Positions 18,675 through 29,648 of a stretch of 54,255 bases of DNA are shown here, one piece after another. Position numbers and translations under genes: made by a program. The DNA is taken from NCBI GenBank assembly GCA_010029945.1, contig RGQW01000001.1, forward strand, positions 1 through 54,255, read 5' to 3'. The first letter of the stretch is position 1, and the number at the start of each line of letters is the position of its first letter. The notes beneath the pieces are model-generated. The model saw only the letters and a list, made by a program, of their open reading frames with translations, was not told where the DNA came from and did not search any database. This DNA is from Actinomycetota bacterium (GTDB lineage: Bacteria; Actinomycetota; Actinomycetes; S36-B12).

Positions 18675-19675
18675 GCAGCCTTTCGGGGAAGGGTCGCGCG
18701 CACGAGCACATCCTCCCCTAGGGCCTGGGTCTCCATGATCTCGACCTTGGCGTCAAGTCGATCGAGGCCGGGCAGTGCTCGCGGTCCACTGCCCAACCAC
18801 GTGCCGGCAACGAGCCATACGAGTTCGTCCACGAGGCCCTCCCGCAGGAAAGCCCCGAGCACCGTCGGACCCGATTCGAGGAGCACATCTCGCACGCCGT
18901 CATCGAAGAGGCTGTCGAGTGTGTCTCGTGGCTCGTGCCCGCGCATGATCTTTGTGGGTGCGGTGGCGTCGAGAATCTTTCGGTCGGCAGGGATCTCGCG
19001 GTTCCCCACCACAACCCGGACCGGGGCGCCGGCGGGAAGCAGCGGGACGTGACGGACGGTCAACTGCGGATCGTCGGCCAGAACGGTTCCCGAACCCACG
19101 ACGATCGCGCCCACCCGCGCCCGTAGAGCGTGGGCGTAGATGTTGGCAACCGAGCCGGTCAACTGCACGCGACGTCCTTCGGCGCCCGCGACCCGTCCAT
19201 CAAGGCTCACGGCACATTTCGCCGTGACATAGGGGTAGCCGCGCTGGACCGCGATGGTCCATTCCCGATTGACCTCCTGCGCCTGGTGCTCGAGGACTCC
19301 GGAGACCACATCCACCCCCGCCTCCCGCAGGACATCGGCACCGCCTCCGGCCGTCGATGTCGGATCGCTTTGCGCGAAGACAACACGAACTACCCCGGCG
19401 TCAATCAACGCTCCGGTGCACGGGGGTGTGCGTCCTGTGTGGCGACATGGTTCGAGGGAGACAACCGCGGTACCTCCGCGGGCCCTCGATCCCGCGTCAC
19501 CGAGCGCCACAACTTCGGCGTGGTCGGTTCCCGCGCCGCCGTGCCACCCACGACCCACGACATCACCGTCGGCGTCCACGATGACGCATCCCACGCGCGG
19601 GTTCTCTCCCCGCGGGGCACCCGGGTGCTGAGCCAAGTCGATGGCTTCGGCCATGACCGCGTTCCAGTTGCTCAC
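18671..19675 (-). CDS. ribD: bifunctional diaminohydroxyphosphoribosylaminopyrimidine deaminase / 5-amino-6-(5-phosphoribosylamino)uracil reductase
   Basis: Deaminase zinc motifs HAEVVAL and EPCRHTGRTPPC, plus a C-terminal reductase domain. Confidence 0.92.
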   Translation of the reverse strand: MSNWNAVMAEAIDLAQHPGAPRGENPRVGCVIVDADGDVVGRGWHGGAGTDHAEVVALGDAGSRARGGTAVVSLEPCRHTGRTPPCTGALIDAGVVRVVFAQSDPTSTAGGGADVLREAGVDVVSGVLEHQAQEVNREWTIAVQRGYPYVTAKCAVSLDGRVAGAEGRRVQLTGSVANIYAHALRARVGAIVVGSGTVLADDPQLTVRHVPLLPAGAPVRVVVGNREIPADRKILDATAPTKIMRGHEPRDTLDSLFDDGVRDVLLESGPTVLGAFLREGLVDELVWLVAGTWLGSGPRALPGLDRLDAKVEIMETQALGEDVLVRATLPRKAA

Positions 19676-20343
19676 GCGTGACGTCGCTCTGCTACCGCGC
19701 GCAGGTTCTCGATCGTTGCCCAGGGGTCATCCGATCGGAAGACCGCAGAGCCTGCGACAAAAACATTCGCTCCCGCCTCGGCGCACCGTTCGATGGTCTC
19801 CGCGCCGATCCCCCCGTCCACCTGCACCCACACATCTCCGTCACTTCTGGATGCAAGCTCGCGGGCCCGACGGATTTTGGGGAGCATGTCGTCAAGGAAG
19901 GCTTGACCGCCGAATCCTGGTTCGACAGTCATCACCAAGATCATGTCAACGCTGTCCCCGAGCGCGGCTATCTCATCGAGGTTGCTTCCCGGCTTGACCG
20001 CAACCCCGGCTCTGGCTCCATGGGACCGCAGGTCCGAGCACAGTTGTGCAGCGTCGCGGGCCGCCTCGATGTGAAACGTCACGCTGTAGGCGCCGGCGCG
20101 CGCGTACTCGGGGGCCCACCGATCCGGATCGTCGATCATCAGATGACAGTCGGAGCGGAAACGCTCGTCACGAAGCAAGGGCTCGATGACGGTGAGTCCA
20201 AACGTCAGGTTGGGAACGAAGTGGCCATCCATGACATCGAGATGAATCAGATCCGACACTGCGGCGATGCGCCCGACCTCCTCGCGCAGGCGCGTGAGGT
20301 CGGCGTTCAACACGCTCGGTGACATGAGCACCGGTGAACTCAT
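19672..20343 (-). CDS. rpe: ribulose-phosphate 3-epimerase
   Basis: SPSVLNADLTRL, HLDVMDGHFVPNLTFG and MTVEPGFGGQ. Confidence 0.94.
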   Translation of the reverse strand: MSSPVLMSPSVLNADLTRLREEVGRIAAVSDLIHLDVMDGHFVPNLTFGLTVIEPLLRDERFRSDCHLMIDDPDRWAPEYARAGAYSVTFHIEAARDAAQLCSDLRSHGARAGVAVKPGSNLDEIAALGDSVDMILVMTVEPGFGGQAFLDDMLPKIRRARELASRSDGDVWVQVDGGIGAETIERCAEAGANVFVAGSAVFRSDDPWATIENLRAVAERRHA

Positions 20344-20394
20344 CTCCCCAGGCTAGCCGCCACGCCACCACACGCTCGTCCGTAGGCTTCGCCT

Positions 20395-21210
20395 GTGACC
20401 AACCAGGGCGTGCAGGCAGCAGGTGGTGACCGGTTCGACGCGGCGCAGGCGGTAGCCCGGTCCGCCGGGGCCCTGGCCTTCGAATACTTCCGACGAGTCG
20501 AGACTTTGGCTGTTGAGCACAAAGGAAGTCAGGATCTGGTCAGCGAGGCGGACCGCGAGACAGAACGCCATATTCGCCAGGAATTGCAGTCAGCATTCCC
20601 CGGCGATGCGTTCATGGGTGAAGAACACGGGTATACCGAGGGCGCACCAGGCCACGGGACGTGGGTCGTCGATCCCATCGACGGCACCCAACCATTCTTG
20701 CTGGGCCTACCCACCTGGTGCATCTCCATCGCGTACGTCACCGGCGATCGCGCGCAGATCGGCGTGATCTACAACCCGGCGACCGACGAGCTCTACTGCG
20801 CTCAGGCCGGGGCGGGAGCGTTCGTCAATGGTGTACCGATTCGCGTTCGACAAGCCGATTCGCTCGCAGATGGCTTGACGGGCGTCGGCTGCTCACCGCG
20901 AACCACTCCCGAACACCTCGCCGACATCATGCTCCACCTCCTTCAGGGTGGCGGGATGTACCAGCGCACCGGATCCGGAGCCCTCAACCTCGCCTACGTC
21001 GCCGCCGGTAAGCACATCGGCTACGTCGAAACCCACATTCACGCGTGGGATTGCCTCGCTGCGGTGTGCTTGATCAAAGAAGCCGGGGGGCGGGTGTCGG
21101 ATTTCGTCACCGAATTCGGTGTGCAGGGAGCCGGACCGCTCGTCGCTGGCTCACCGGGAGTCTTCGACCAATTGATGCAGTTGATGCCCGTGCCGGTCCG
21201 TGAATCGTGA
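20395..21210 (+). CDS. inositol monophosphatase family protein (SuhB/ImpA or HisN-type phosphatase)
   Basis: IMPase motifs VSEADRETE and WVVDPIDGT. GTG start. Confidence 0.85.
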   Translation: MTNQGVQAAGGDRFDAAQAVARSAGALAFEYFRRVETLAVEHKGSQDLVSEADRETERHIRQELQSAFPGDAFMGEEHGYTEGAPGHGTWVVDPIDGTQPFLLGLPTWCISIAYVTGDRAQIGVIYNPATDELYCAQAGAGAFVNGVPIRVRQADSLADGLTGVGCSPRTTPEHLADIMLHLLQGGGMYQRTGSGALNLAYVAAGKHIGYVETHIHAWDCLAAVCLIKEAGGRVSDFVTEFGVQGAGPLVAGSPGVFDQLMQLMPVPVRES

Positions 21211-21246
21211 CAACTCGGTGCGCTTGCTCGGCCACGACTCGATCGG

Positions 21247-22632
21247 TCAGTCGCGGCGCATCAAGGTGAGGTGCATGGCATCGGTGCCGTGCAGGTGAGG
21301 CCACAGCTGCACGTGCGGCCCGGGACCAAGGTCGGGCACATTCGGCAGAAACTCTCGAGCGTCGAGAACCTGGACATCGTCGATATGAAGCAGCACCTCC
21401 TCGACAACATCAATGGTCTCGGCAACGTGGGGAGAGCAGGTGACGTACGCCAGGACACCTCCGCTTCTCAACGATGACAGTCCGGTCGTCAGGAGCCGTC
21501 GCTGCAGGGATGCCAACTCGCTCACGTCCTCGCGGTTCCTTCGCCACCGAGACTCGGGGCGACGGCGCAGCGCCCCCAATCCTGTGCAGGGAGCGTCCAA
21601 CAGGATTCGATCGAAGAACTGACTGCCCCACGGTCGATCGCACGCATCGGCCGTAAGGATGTGGGGAGCCACGTCGCTACTGTCCGAGGCACCGGCCGAC
21701 AGCAGCGACTCGACCAGAGCAGCGCGGTGCGCGTGCAACTCCACGGCGACAAAGTCGACGCTCTGGGTCCTGGCGTGGGAGGCCATAACAGCCGCCTTGC
21801 CACCGGGCCCGGCACACATATCCAGCCATGCCGACTCTGGCGGTGAGACCGGCACCGCCAACAGCGCCTCGACAACAAGTTGACTTCCTTCGTCCTGGAT
21901 GATCGCCCGGCCCTGCCGTACGGCTTCGACGTTGGCGGGCATCCCTGCATCGACGGTGGCGGCGCGGCGAGACCAACGCCCCGGTGTCAGGCCAGCCTCG
22001 AGGACCGGCGGGTCATCGAGGAAGGCCACGGTGGGGCGGGATGGCTCATTGTTCGCACGCAGCGCTGCGCATAGTGCCTCGTCAGAGACCTCCCCTTGCG
22101 TGTGGAGCGCGAGCGCCTGGTGCAGGGCTTCGGCCACCCATCGAGGGTGGGAGGTAACGGCAGCGGCGAGCTCATCTGCGTGTTTTCCTCGCCCGACGAC
22201 CTCGTCCCACTGCGAGCGATCGCGTCGCGCCACCGCTCGCAAGAGTCCATTGATGAATCCGACCCGACCCTCATCGGTGATGCCAACCGCGCGGGCGAGC
22301 TGGCACGAGGAATCGACGGCCGCATGGTCGGGGACCCGCATCGAGAGCAGTTGATGCACCCCGAGCCGCACGATGTCCACGATGTCCGGGTCGACATCGG
22401 TCCAGGAGCGGGAGGAAACCTCGGCGGCGACAAGATCGTAAAAGCCCAACCACCGCAAGGTGCCGTACGCGAGGTCTGTGGCGAAAGCGGCGTCCCGGCC
22501 GGCCAAGCGGTAGCGCTCAAGGACGGCAGGCCATTGCAGATTCGCGTAGACATCGTCCCGGCGAACGGACGCCAGCAATTCGAAGGCGGCGCGCCGCGCA
22601 TCGTCGATCGCGACCTCGGCGTCACGTTGCAC
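21247..22632 (-). CDS. rsmB: 16S rRNA (cytosine-C5)-methyltransferase RsmB/Sun
   Basis: NusB-like N-terminus plus methyltransferase motifs DMCAGPGGK, DAPCTGLGALRRRPE and YVTCSPHVAE. Confidence 0.9.
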   Translation of the reverse strand: MQRDAEVAIDDARRAAFELLASVRRDDVYANLQWPAVLERYRLAGRDAAFATDLAYGTLRWLGFYDLVAAEVSSRSWTDVDPDIVDIVRLGVHQLLSMRVPDHAAVDSSCQLARAVGITDEGRVGFINGLLRAVARRDRSQWDEVVGRGKHADELAAAVTSHPRWVAEALHQALALHTQGEVSDEALCAALRANNEPSRPTVAFLDDPPVLEAGLTPGRWSRRAATVDAGMPANVEAVRQGRAIIQDEGSQLVVEALLAVPVSPPESAWLDMCAGPGGKAAVMASHARTQSVDFVAVELHAHRAALVESLLSAGASDSSDVAPHILTADACDRPWGSQFFDRILLDAPCTGLGALRRRPESRWRRNREDVSELASLQRRLLTTGLSSLRSGGVLAYVTCSPHVAETIDVVEEVLLHIDDVQVLDAREFLPNVPDLGPGPHVQLWPHLHGTDAMHLTLMRRD

Positions 22633-23551
22633 GTGTCAGCTCACCTCGATAGCCACGAGCCCAATCGGCGGCAGCCATTGTCTTCTTGCCTGTGGCCTGC
22701 ACCTCGCCGAGGACGATGAACCCTCCCCGGGCACCAATGGTCACCTGTGATTTTTCAACGTGGATGACTCCCGGCGATGCACCTTCGTCCACGACGACCG
22801 CCTGCGGGGTCCCGATGTTGACCCGCTGGCCGTCGATGATGGTCCACGCTCCCGGGTCGGGCGTGCAGGCACGAATCCAGCGATCAACGTCGAGGACATC
22901 ACCGGACCAATTCACCCTGGCGTCATCGCTGGAGATGCGAGGGGCGAGCGATACCTCGCCGGAATCTACGGAATCTTGCGCAGCGGGGTGCAGCTCGCCA
23001 GCCTCCAGCGCATCGATGGTGGACACCAACAAGGTGGCGCCCATGGCCGCGAGGCGAGCAAGGAGCGCGCCCGCATCTTCACGGTCTCCGATCGATACCG
23101 GGTCCGAGCGCATCAGGATCGGACCAGTGTCGAGCCCCTCGTCGATCGAGAACGTCGTCACACCGGTGTGCGTCTGTCCTGCTCCGATCGCGTGCTGTAC
23201 CGGAGCAGCTCCGCGCCAGGCGGGAAGAAGGGAGAAGTGGGCATTCACCCATCCGAACCGTGGGACCGTCAGCAACTCTGCAGGGACCAGCAGGCCGTAG
23301 GCGACAACTGCGACCACATCAGGCGCCCAATCTCTGAGCACATCCGCCTCGCGTTGCAGGTTGGAGGGAGTGCGCACCTCGATGCCGGCTTCTTGTGCAT
23401 GCATCTTCACCGGACTCGCTCGCAGACGTCTCCCCCGACCAGCCGGTGCATCCGGTCGAGTGAGAACACCCACCACCTCGTGACTGGATTCCTCCAATGC
23501 CACAAGGGACGCGACAGCTACGTCGGGAGTGCCGGCGAAAACGACGCGCAC
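22622..23551 (-). CDS. fmt: methionyl-tRNA formyltransferase
   Basis: VRVVFAGTPDVAV and NAHFSLLPAWRGAAPVQHAI. Start set at GTG 23551, just after the def stop. Confidence 0.92.
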   Translation of the reverse strand: MRVVFAGTPDVAVASLVALEESSHEVVGVLTRPDAPAGRGRRLRASPVKMHAQEAGIEVRTPSNLQREADVLRDWAPDVVAVVAYGLLVPAELLTVPRFGWVNAHFSLLPAWRGAAPVQHAIGAGQTHTGVTTFSIDEGLDTGPILMRSDPVSIGDREDAGALLARLAAMGATLLVSTIDALEAGELHPAAQDSVDSGEVSLAPRISSDDARVNWSGDVLDVDRWIRACTPDPGAWTIIDGQRVNIGTPQAVVVDEGASPGVIHVEKSQVTIGARGGFIVLGEVQATGKKTMAAADWARGYRGELTRAT

Positions 23552-23555
23552 GGTG

Positions 23556-24104
23556 TCACAGCCATCGAGAGGGCTGTTGGTGGGGGCTGAGCTTGATCTG
23601 CACCGGATCCGCACCGAACCAATCCGACTCGCGAATAGCCTTCATCGCTTCCTTACGCGTCTGCGCGTCGAGTCGATCGATGAACACGATCCCGTCGAGG
23701 TGATCGGTTTCATGTTGCACGCACCGCGCGAGCAAGTCGCTGCCCTCGAGCGTTACCGGCTCCCCATGCATGTTCATGCCCTTGGCGACCACGCTGCGTG
23801 CGCGCTTGCATTCGAACGTTAGATCCGGAACCGACAAGCAGCCCTCTTCGCCGTCTTGTTGTTCGTCGGACAGATCCAGAACGGGATTAACGAGATGCCC
23901 GAGTTCGTCATCCACCCAGTAGGTGAACACCCGCAGGGAGACTCCCAATTGTGGCGCCGCCAGCCCTACCCCGGGGGCGTCGCGCATCGTGTCGGTGAGG
24001 TCCTTGACCAGGCCGCGCAGTTCCTTGTCAAAGGTGACAACTTCGGATGCGGGCGTACGGAGAACGGGGTCACCGAACAGGCGAATAGGAACGACGCTCA
24101 CCAT
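23556..24104 (-). CDS. def: peptide deformylase
   Basis: All three PDF motifs are present: GVGLAAPQLG, EGCLSVP and QHETDHLDG. Confidence 0.96.
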   Translation of the reverse strand: MVSVVPIRLFGDPVLRTPASEVVTFDKELRGLVKDLTDTMRDAPGVGLAAPQLGVSLRVFTYWVDDELGHLVNPVLDLSDEQQDGEEGCLSVPDLTFECKRARSVVAKGMNMHGEPVTLEGSDLLARCVQHETDHLDGIVFIDRLDAQTRKEAMKAIRESDWFGADPVQIKLSPHQQPSRWL

Positions 24105-24131
24105 CCGCAGTCTAGGTGCGCGGCGATGGGA

Positions 24132-26117
24132 CTACATATCCCGTGGGTCCATGCGCACGCGAACATCGCGCATCGTCGAATCCTTTGTTGACTCTGTCCG
24201 CATCAGCGATCCCAGTTCGCGGGTGAAGGCTGCCGCCTGCGTTCGGGGAACAATCAGGTAGCTACGCACATGGTGCGAGTCTGGAATCGGAACCGGTCCG
24301 AGAATCCGATGATCGCTGCGGATCCGATCACCCATTGCCTGCACGGCTGCTTGTGGACCGGTCACTTCGGCCACCCGCGTCACCGGTGGCAACCCAGCCG
24401 ATGCTCGCTCGTCCAACTGTCGCTCTGCGAACCAACGGGAGTCCCATCGGACAAGGGCCTGTGCTTCCAGACTGCTTGCACTGGCCACCAGGCACACCTC
24501 TCCCCGTTCGGCCACTAGTCGGGTCGCCTCGAACCAGCGTCGGACCTGCTGCTCAGCTCCCGCCAAGGATGGATACACGCTCCGTGCGTCCAGAATGATC
24601 ACGGCGCGATACCCCTTCTCGGCTATCGGTTCGGCACCCGGAGTGGCCACGATCAGACTCGGCGTATCCGGCACGCTGCGAACGATTCTGTCGGCTTCGG
24701 ACCACACGATCTGCACACCGGGAAAGGCCCGGCCCAACTCATCCGCCGTTCGACCCGCACCAATGTGGACGGCACGTAGCCGCGATCCTCCGCATTGCGT
24801 GCAGGTCCATGCTCCGTTCAATGCCCCGCATCGACCGCAACGCGCGGCCGCGTGCCCGGAAGACATTTCCAATGCTCCCTGACATGAGTCATCGCGACAA
24901 CGGGCAGGGGCTCGGCAGTCTTGGCACGCGAGGGCGGGGACATATCCTCGCCGCGCGACGAGGAAAAGGACTGGACCATGACGCAGGCCGTTGCGCGCCG
25001 TCATCCATGCAGCACTTGGAATGCGAGCTGACTCGGCCGCCGGATCGCGCGCCCGTTCGCGCTCATCAATGCATCGCACGTTCCACCAACTCGGCCGTTC
25101 CGGATCAACCGATGCCGCCCAGCCCGAACGACACCACCATTGGGTGGCGACGCTCCGTGCTGGAGCCCCGACGAAGACATCACACGACGTTTGATGAGAC
25201 CTCATTGCTGCTACTTCACGCGCATCCCAATAGGGCGCGTGTAACTCTCGGTACACATCGTTGCCGTCGTCCCACATGATGATGGCACCCAAATCTTGAA
25301 CCGGCGCGAAGACCGCGGTTCGGGTGCCGATCACCACCGTCGCCTGCCCGGTCCTCACCCGCAGGAACTCTCGGTAGCGACGTTCCGGTCCGACATCCGC
25401 ACTCAACTCCGCGATATCCGATTCCGGCAGGACCGTGGCCAATTCCGATCGCACGCGAGCGACGTCAGCCGCGTCCGGCACAACGATGATGACCCCGCAC
25501 CCTTCGGATCGCTTCCACCGTGCCAGGGAGACGATCTCCGCAACCACATCGCTTGCCGGGGCCGAACTCCACACCACTCGTGCCGGCGATGCCTTCTCAG
25601 GCCATCGGTAGTGGCGCCACGCGGGGTCCGCCGCCGGGTGTGCCGGCGCGTCTGCCGCCGCATCTGCCGACGTGTCCTGCGCCGGCGATGTCGCAGGCGC
25701 GGGTGCCGCGTCTGACTCGGCGGCCTTCCGCAGCACCGAGGATTCCGCTCGCGCATGTCGGGTCGGGACCGCCGCCCGGGCCACGTCCCAAAAAGTCCCG
25801 ACATATCTGTCGGCCACGTCCTGGATCAAGGTGAGGGTTTCGGGCGACAACGGCGGTACCGCGTCGATCACGCGCTCGAGTGGCTTCGGTGAGTCGACAT
25901 CAGCCTCATCAACGCGGTCGATGACGTACGCGTCGCGTAAACGCCCGGAGAAACGAACGCGGACTCGAGCGCCGGGAACTGCCTTCTCGTGCCATTCCTT
26001 GGGAACGAGATAGTCGAAGTCTCGATCGAGATGCATGACGCCCAGGTCGACGCGCACGCGGGCGATCGGACCTAGCGACCCTTCGACGGGTCTTGTCGGA
26101 TGATCCTCGCTAGACAC
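24132..26117 (-). CDS. priA: primosomal protein N' (PriA), with degenerate ATPase motifs
   Basis: N-terminal 3'-DNA-binding-like region ([26 protein letters not shown]) and a Cys-rich zinc region ([10 protein letters not shown]...CGRCG...CTQCGG). Start uncertain: GTG 26117 (8-nt overlap with metK) or ATG 26201 (92-nt overlap). Confidence 0.85.
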   Translation of the reverse strand: MSSEDHPTRPVEGSLGPIARVRVDLGVMHLDRDFDYLVPKEWHEKAVPGARVRVRFSGRLRDAYVIDRVDEADVDSPKPLERVIDAVPPLSPETLTLIQDVADRYVGTFWDVARAAVPTRHARAESSVLRKAAESDAAPAPATSPAQDTSADAAADAPAHPAADPAWRHYRWPEKASPARVVWSSAPASDVVAEIVSLARWKRSEGCGVIIVVPDAADVARVRSELATVLPESDIAELSADVGPERRYREFLRVRTGQATVVIGTRTAVFAPVQDLGAIIMWDDGNDVYRELHAPYWDAREVAAMRSHQTSCDVFVGAPARSVATQWWCRSGWAASVDPERPSWWNVRCIDERERARDPAAESARIPSAAWMTARNGLRHGPVLFLVARRGYVPALACQDCRAPARCRDDSCQGALEMSSGHAAARCGRCGALNGAWTCTQCGGSRLRAVHIGAGRTADELGRAFPGVQIVWSEADRIVRSVPDTPSLIVATPGAEPIAEKGYRAVIILDARSVYPSLAGAEQQVRRWFEATRLVAERGEVCLVASASSLEAQALVRWDSRWFAERQLDERASAGLPPVTRVAEVTGPQAAVQAMGDRIRSDHRILGPVPIPDSHHVRSYLIVPRTQAAAFTRELGSLMRTESTKDSTMRDVRVRMDPRDM

Positions 26118-27360
26118 CCGCTGCTGTGCGGAGATCCGCCGCCCGATCGGTGCTCTCCCACGTGAACGTGGGCCCAACCTCGGTCCGCCGGGATGGTTCA
26201 TCGGCGTCGAGTAGCTGGTTGACGCCTTGCGGACGCCCGAAGTGACCGTAGGCGCTGGTGGTGCGGTAGATCGGGCGCAGCAGATCGAGGTCGCGGATGA
26301 TCGCTGCGGGTCGCAGGTCGAACACCGCCAACACTGCTTCTTGAATCTGCTCGTCGCTCATGACTCCCGTGCCAAACGTCTGCACGAAAACGCCGACAGG
26401 ATGTGAAACGCCGATGGCGTAGGCCACCTGCACCTCACACCGAGAGGCGAGACCCGCGGCCACCACGTTCTTGGCCACCCAGCGCATGGCGTACGTGGCC
26501 GACCGGTCCACCTTCGACGGATCCTTTCCGGAGAAAGCCCCGCCACCGTGACGCGCCATGCCACCGTAGGTGTCGACGATGATCTTTCGGCCCGTGAGAC
26601 CGGCGTCGCCCATCGGACCGCCGACTTCGAATCGTCCTGTCGGATTGACGAGCAGGCGGTAGTCACGGCTATCGATGTCGAACGTTTCCAGAATCGGATC
26701 CACTACATGTCGTCGGACATCGGGAGTCAGCGTTGCATCGAGATCCACATCAGCCGCGTGCTGGCTGCTCACGACGATCGTGTCGATACCCGTCGGACGA
26801 TCGTCCTCGTCGTAGCTGATCGTCACCTGCGTCTTACCGTCCGGGCGGAGGTAGTCGAGGGTTCCGTCCTTGCGCTTGGCCGTCAACTGCTCGCTCAAGC
26901 GGTGCGCCATCGAGATCGGCAGCGGCATGAGCTCTTCGGTGTCGGTGCACGCGTAGCCGAACATCAACCCCTGGTCACCGGCACCCTGACGATCGAGAGG
27001 ATCCTCGCTGCCGTCGGCTCGCTCTTCGTATGCGTCGTCCACTCCTTGGGCGATGTCGGCGGACTGCTTGCCGATGGAGACGCTGATTCCGCATGACTCC
27101 CCATCGAAGCCCTTGACGGAGGAGTCGTAGCCGATGTCGAGCACGGTTTGGCGCACTAGGTTCATCACATCGGCGAAACCTTCAGTGGTCACCTCACCCG
27201 ATACGTGCACCTGACCCGTCGTCAGCATTGTCTCGACGGCCACGCGACTGCGGGGATCTTGCCGCAACAGATCGTCGAGGATGGCGTCGCTGATTTGGTC
27301 GGCCATCTTGTCCGGATGACCTTCGGTAACCGACTCCGACGTGAATAGGCGTTGCGACAC
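26110..27360 (-). CDS. metK: S-adenosylmethionine synthetase
   Basis: [23 protein letters not shown] and [16 protein letters not shown]. Confidence 0.96.
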   Translation of the reverse strand: MSQRLFTSESVTEGHPDKMADQISDAILDDLLRQDPRSRVAVETMLTTGQVHVSGEVTTEGFADVMNLVRQTVLDIGYDSSVKGFDGESCGISVSIGKQSADIAQGVDDAYEERADGSEDPLDRQGAGDQGLMFGYACTDTEELMPLPISMAHRLSEQLTAKRKDGTLDYLRPDGKTQVTISYDEDDRPTGIDTIVVSSQHAADVDLDATLTPDVRRHVVDPILETFDIDSRDYRLLVNPTGRFEVGGPMGDAGLTGRKIIVDTYGGMARHGGGAFSGKDPSKVDRSATYAMRWVAKNVVAAGLASRCEVQVAYAIGVSHPVGVFVQTFGTGVMSDEQIQEAVLAVFDLRPAAIIRDLDLLRPIYRTTSAYGHFGRPQGVNQLLDADEPSRRTEVGPTFTWESTDRAADLRTAAGV

Positions 27361-27415
27361 GAGGCTCCCTCACAGCTGTGGAATGCCGAGGGTGATCCTC
27401 GACGGCGCGAGCAGT

Positions 27416-28660
27416 CTAGCGATCGAAACGCACTGCGTCCCAGATGGCATGCGCGGCGATTTCCTTGCTGACCGCCTCGCGGAGGTCGCAATCGCCGTTG
27501 GCGTCAATGATGGCGACGGTCGTCTCCTCATCCCCGAAAACCGCCCCATCCGAGACGTCGTTCGCGACGAGATAGTCGCATCCCTTACGTGCGAGTTTGG
27601 CCAGAGCTCGGGTGGTGAGCGACTCGCCCTCGGCTGGAGTCTCGGCGGCGAATCCCACGATGACGGGTGTCGAGCTCGATCCGCGCTTGGCCACCAGTTC
27701 GGCCAAAACGTCGGTCGTTCGTTCCAAAATCAATTCCGGAGCCGCCCCATCGGCCAACGATTCCTTGGTGATCTTGCCTGAATGCGCGGTGACAGGACGG
27801 AAATCAGCGACGGCGGCGGCCATCACGACGACGTCGGGGGTCTCCTGGGCGACGAGTTCGTGCATGACCGACCGGAGTTCCTCTGCCGTGCCGACCCGGC
27901 GTACGGCGCACCCGGCCGGAACGCCTACGTCGAGATCACCATCGACGTGCGCGATAACCGCGGTCACGGTGGCTCCCCGAGCGATCGCGGTACGAGCCAG
28001 GGCGAAGCCTTGGCGACCGCTGCTCTTATTGCCGAGGAAGCGCACGTCGTCCCAAGGCTCTTGCGTTCCGCCGATGCTGATGACCACGTGCCGGCCGTGC
28101 AGGTCTGAGCGGGCAACCCGACCGCTGCCGGCCATGGCCAGCGTGGTTCGTGCCGCTTCGGCAATCGCCCGGGGCTCGGGGAGTCGCCCCGCTCCGGAGT
28201 CCGAACCCGTGAGCCGGCCGTCGGCTGGGTCGAGGACGACCGCACCGCGCTCGCGGAGCAAACGAACATTCGCCTGGGTGGCCGGGTGCACCCACATTTC
28301 GGTGTGCATGGCCGGCGCGATCACGACACGACCACGAGTGGTCAACAACACGTTGGTGAGCAAGTCACTAGCGATCCCGTGCGACGCGCGAGCCAGGAAA
28401 TCTGCCGTGGCCGGTGCGACGATCACGAGATCGGCCCGCTGACCGAGTTCCACGTGCGGGACCTCGTGCGGGGACTCCCACAACTCACGAGCCACCGGCT
28501 TGCCGGACAAAGCAGCCCACGTCGGCTCGCCCACGAAACGAAGTGCGGACGCCGTGGGCACAACTGTCACGTCGTGACCGGACTCGGTCAGGTCGCGAAG
28601 AAGGGAGACGGCTTTGTACGCGGCGATTCCGCCGGTGACTCCGAGCACGATGTCGGCCAT
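27416..28660 (-). CDS. coaBC: bifunctional phosphopantothenoylcysteine decarboxylase / phosphopantothenate--cysteine ligase
   Basis: N-terminal flavoprotein motif GVTGGIAAYK and a C-terminal CoaB domain. 414 aa. Confidence 0.92.
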   Translation of the reverse strand: MADIVLGVTGGIAAYKAVSLLRDLTESGHDVTVVPTASALRFVGEPTWAALSGKPVARELWESPHEVPHVELGQRADLVIVAPATADFLARASHGIASDLLTNVLLTTRGRVVIAPAMHTEMWVHPATQANVRLLRERGAVVLDPADGRLTGSDSGAGRLPEPRAIAEAARTTLAMAGSGRVARSDLHGRHVVISIGGTQEPWDDVRFLGNKSSGRQGFALARTAIARGATVTAVIAHVDGDLDVGVPAGCAVRRVGTAEELRSVMHELVAQETPDVVVMAAAVADFRPVTAHSGKITKESLADGAAPELILERTTDVLAELVAKRGSSSTPVIVGFAAETPAEGESLTTRALAKLARKGCDYLVANDVSDGAVFGDEETTVAIIDANGDCDLREAVSKEIAAHAIWDAVRFDR

Positions 28661-28678
28661 AACGACCGTCGGGCCTTC

Positions 28679-29035
28679 CTACTCGGTTTCCTCGCCCGCA
28701 GCGAAGGGATCGACGGGCGCGGCGGCGCTGGTGGCGGCTGCTTCCTCCGCTGCTTGAGCGGCGGCTTCAGCCGCGGCCTGGGCAGGGTCGAAAGGTTCAG
28801 AGGTAAGTAACCCTGCGTCAATCTCGCGCATGGCGATAGACAGCGGCTTTTCCTGGACGTAGGTCTCCACCAGGGGGCCGACGTATTCCAGGAGCCCCTC
28901 GCCGAGCTGGGAGTAGTACGCGTTGATCTGGCGAGCACGTTTCGCTGCGTAGCTCACCAATGAATACTTCGAGTCTGTCTTTTCCAACAGATCGTCGATC
29001 GAGGGGTAGGTGATGCCCTCTGGCTGTGACGTCAC
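28679..29035 (-). CDS. rpoZ: DNA-directed RNA polymerase subunit omega
   Basis: [29 protein letters not shown]. Start set at GTG 29035, with GAGGA 8 nt upstream. Ala/Glu-rich C-terminal tail. Confidence 0.9.
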   Translation of the reverse strand: MTSQPEGITYPSIDDLLEKTDSKYSLVSYAAKRARQINAYYSQLGEGLLEYVGPLVETYVQEKPLSIAMREIDAGLLTSEPFDPAQAAAEAAAQAAEEAAATSAAAPVDPFAAGEETE

Positions 29036-29045
29036 AGGTGGTTCC

Positions 29046-29648
29046 TCATTTGCCGTGGGGGGAACTCTCGGAGTGTCCCGAGAGGCCTGCAAAGTCTATC
29101 AAGGCCTGAGCACACTGCTCGACGTCGGCGTTGACAAGCACATGGTCGAACTCTGCCGCCGCCGCCAACTCGGCTTCGGCGGCGGCGAACCGAGCTGCTT
29201 GAGCCGCCTGATCTTCTGTTCCTCGCCCGGTGAGCCTGTCGAACAGGACGTCGATGCTCGGCGGAGCAAGAAAGATCAGCGAGGCGTCGGGCTCGGCTTC
29301 GCGCACCTGACGGGCCCCTTGCACCTCGATTTCCAACAGCACTGGCGTTCCCGCCATCCGGTGGGCGTGGACCTGCGCGCGAGGGGTGCCGTATCGATTG
29401 CCTGCGAACTCCGCCCACTCAAGCAGGCCGCCTTCGGCGGCCAGTTGATCGAACGACTCTCGGGTGTGGAAGGTGTACTCGACTCCGTCGGTTTCTCCCG
29501 GGCGAGGTTGTCGTGTTGTCGCCGACACAGACAGCCATACCGATGGACAGCGACGAAGCACCTCGGCAACCACCGTGCTCTTGCCGACGCCGGAGGGACC
29601 GCTGACCACGACGAGTGGTGCGGGGCTTTCGCCGACGGATTCGCTCAT
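29046..29648 (-). CDS. gmk: guanylate kinase
   Basis: P-loop [11 protein letters not shown] and a Gmk-like sequence. Start shares one base with the pyrF stop. Confidence 0.94.
   Translation of the reverse strand: MSESVGESPAPLVVVSGPSGVGKSTVVAEVLRRCPSVWLSVSATTRQPRPGETDGVEYTFHTRESFDQLAAEGGLLEWAEFAGNRYGTPRAQVHAHRMAGTPVLLEIEVQGARQVREAEPDASLIFLAPPSIDVLFDRLTGRGTEDQAAQAARFAAAEAELAAAAEFDHVLVNADVEQCAQALIDFAGLSGHSESSPHGK

Noticed and set aside
19676-20394. Looked for an FMN riboswitch ahead of the rib genes; also for a SAM riboswitch ahead of metK (27361-27415) and a T-box ahead of pheS (6417-6442)
   Set aside because: ribD overlaps the rpe stop, and the rpe upstream gap is only about 50 nt. The metK and pheS upstream gaps are about 55 and 26 nt. 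None is long enough for these elements, and none shows their conserved cores.
25590-25730. GC-rich, repetitive-looking stretch (GCCGCC/GTCTGCC-type strings) inside priA
   Set aside because: It reads in frame as an Ala/Asp/Pro-rich linker ([32 protein letters not shown]). This is low-complexity coding sequence rather than a repeat element or array.
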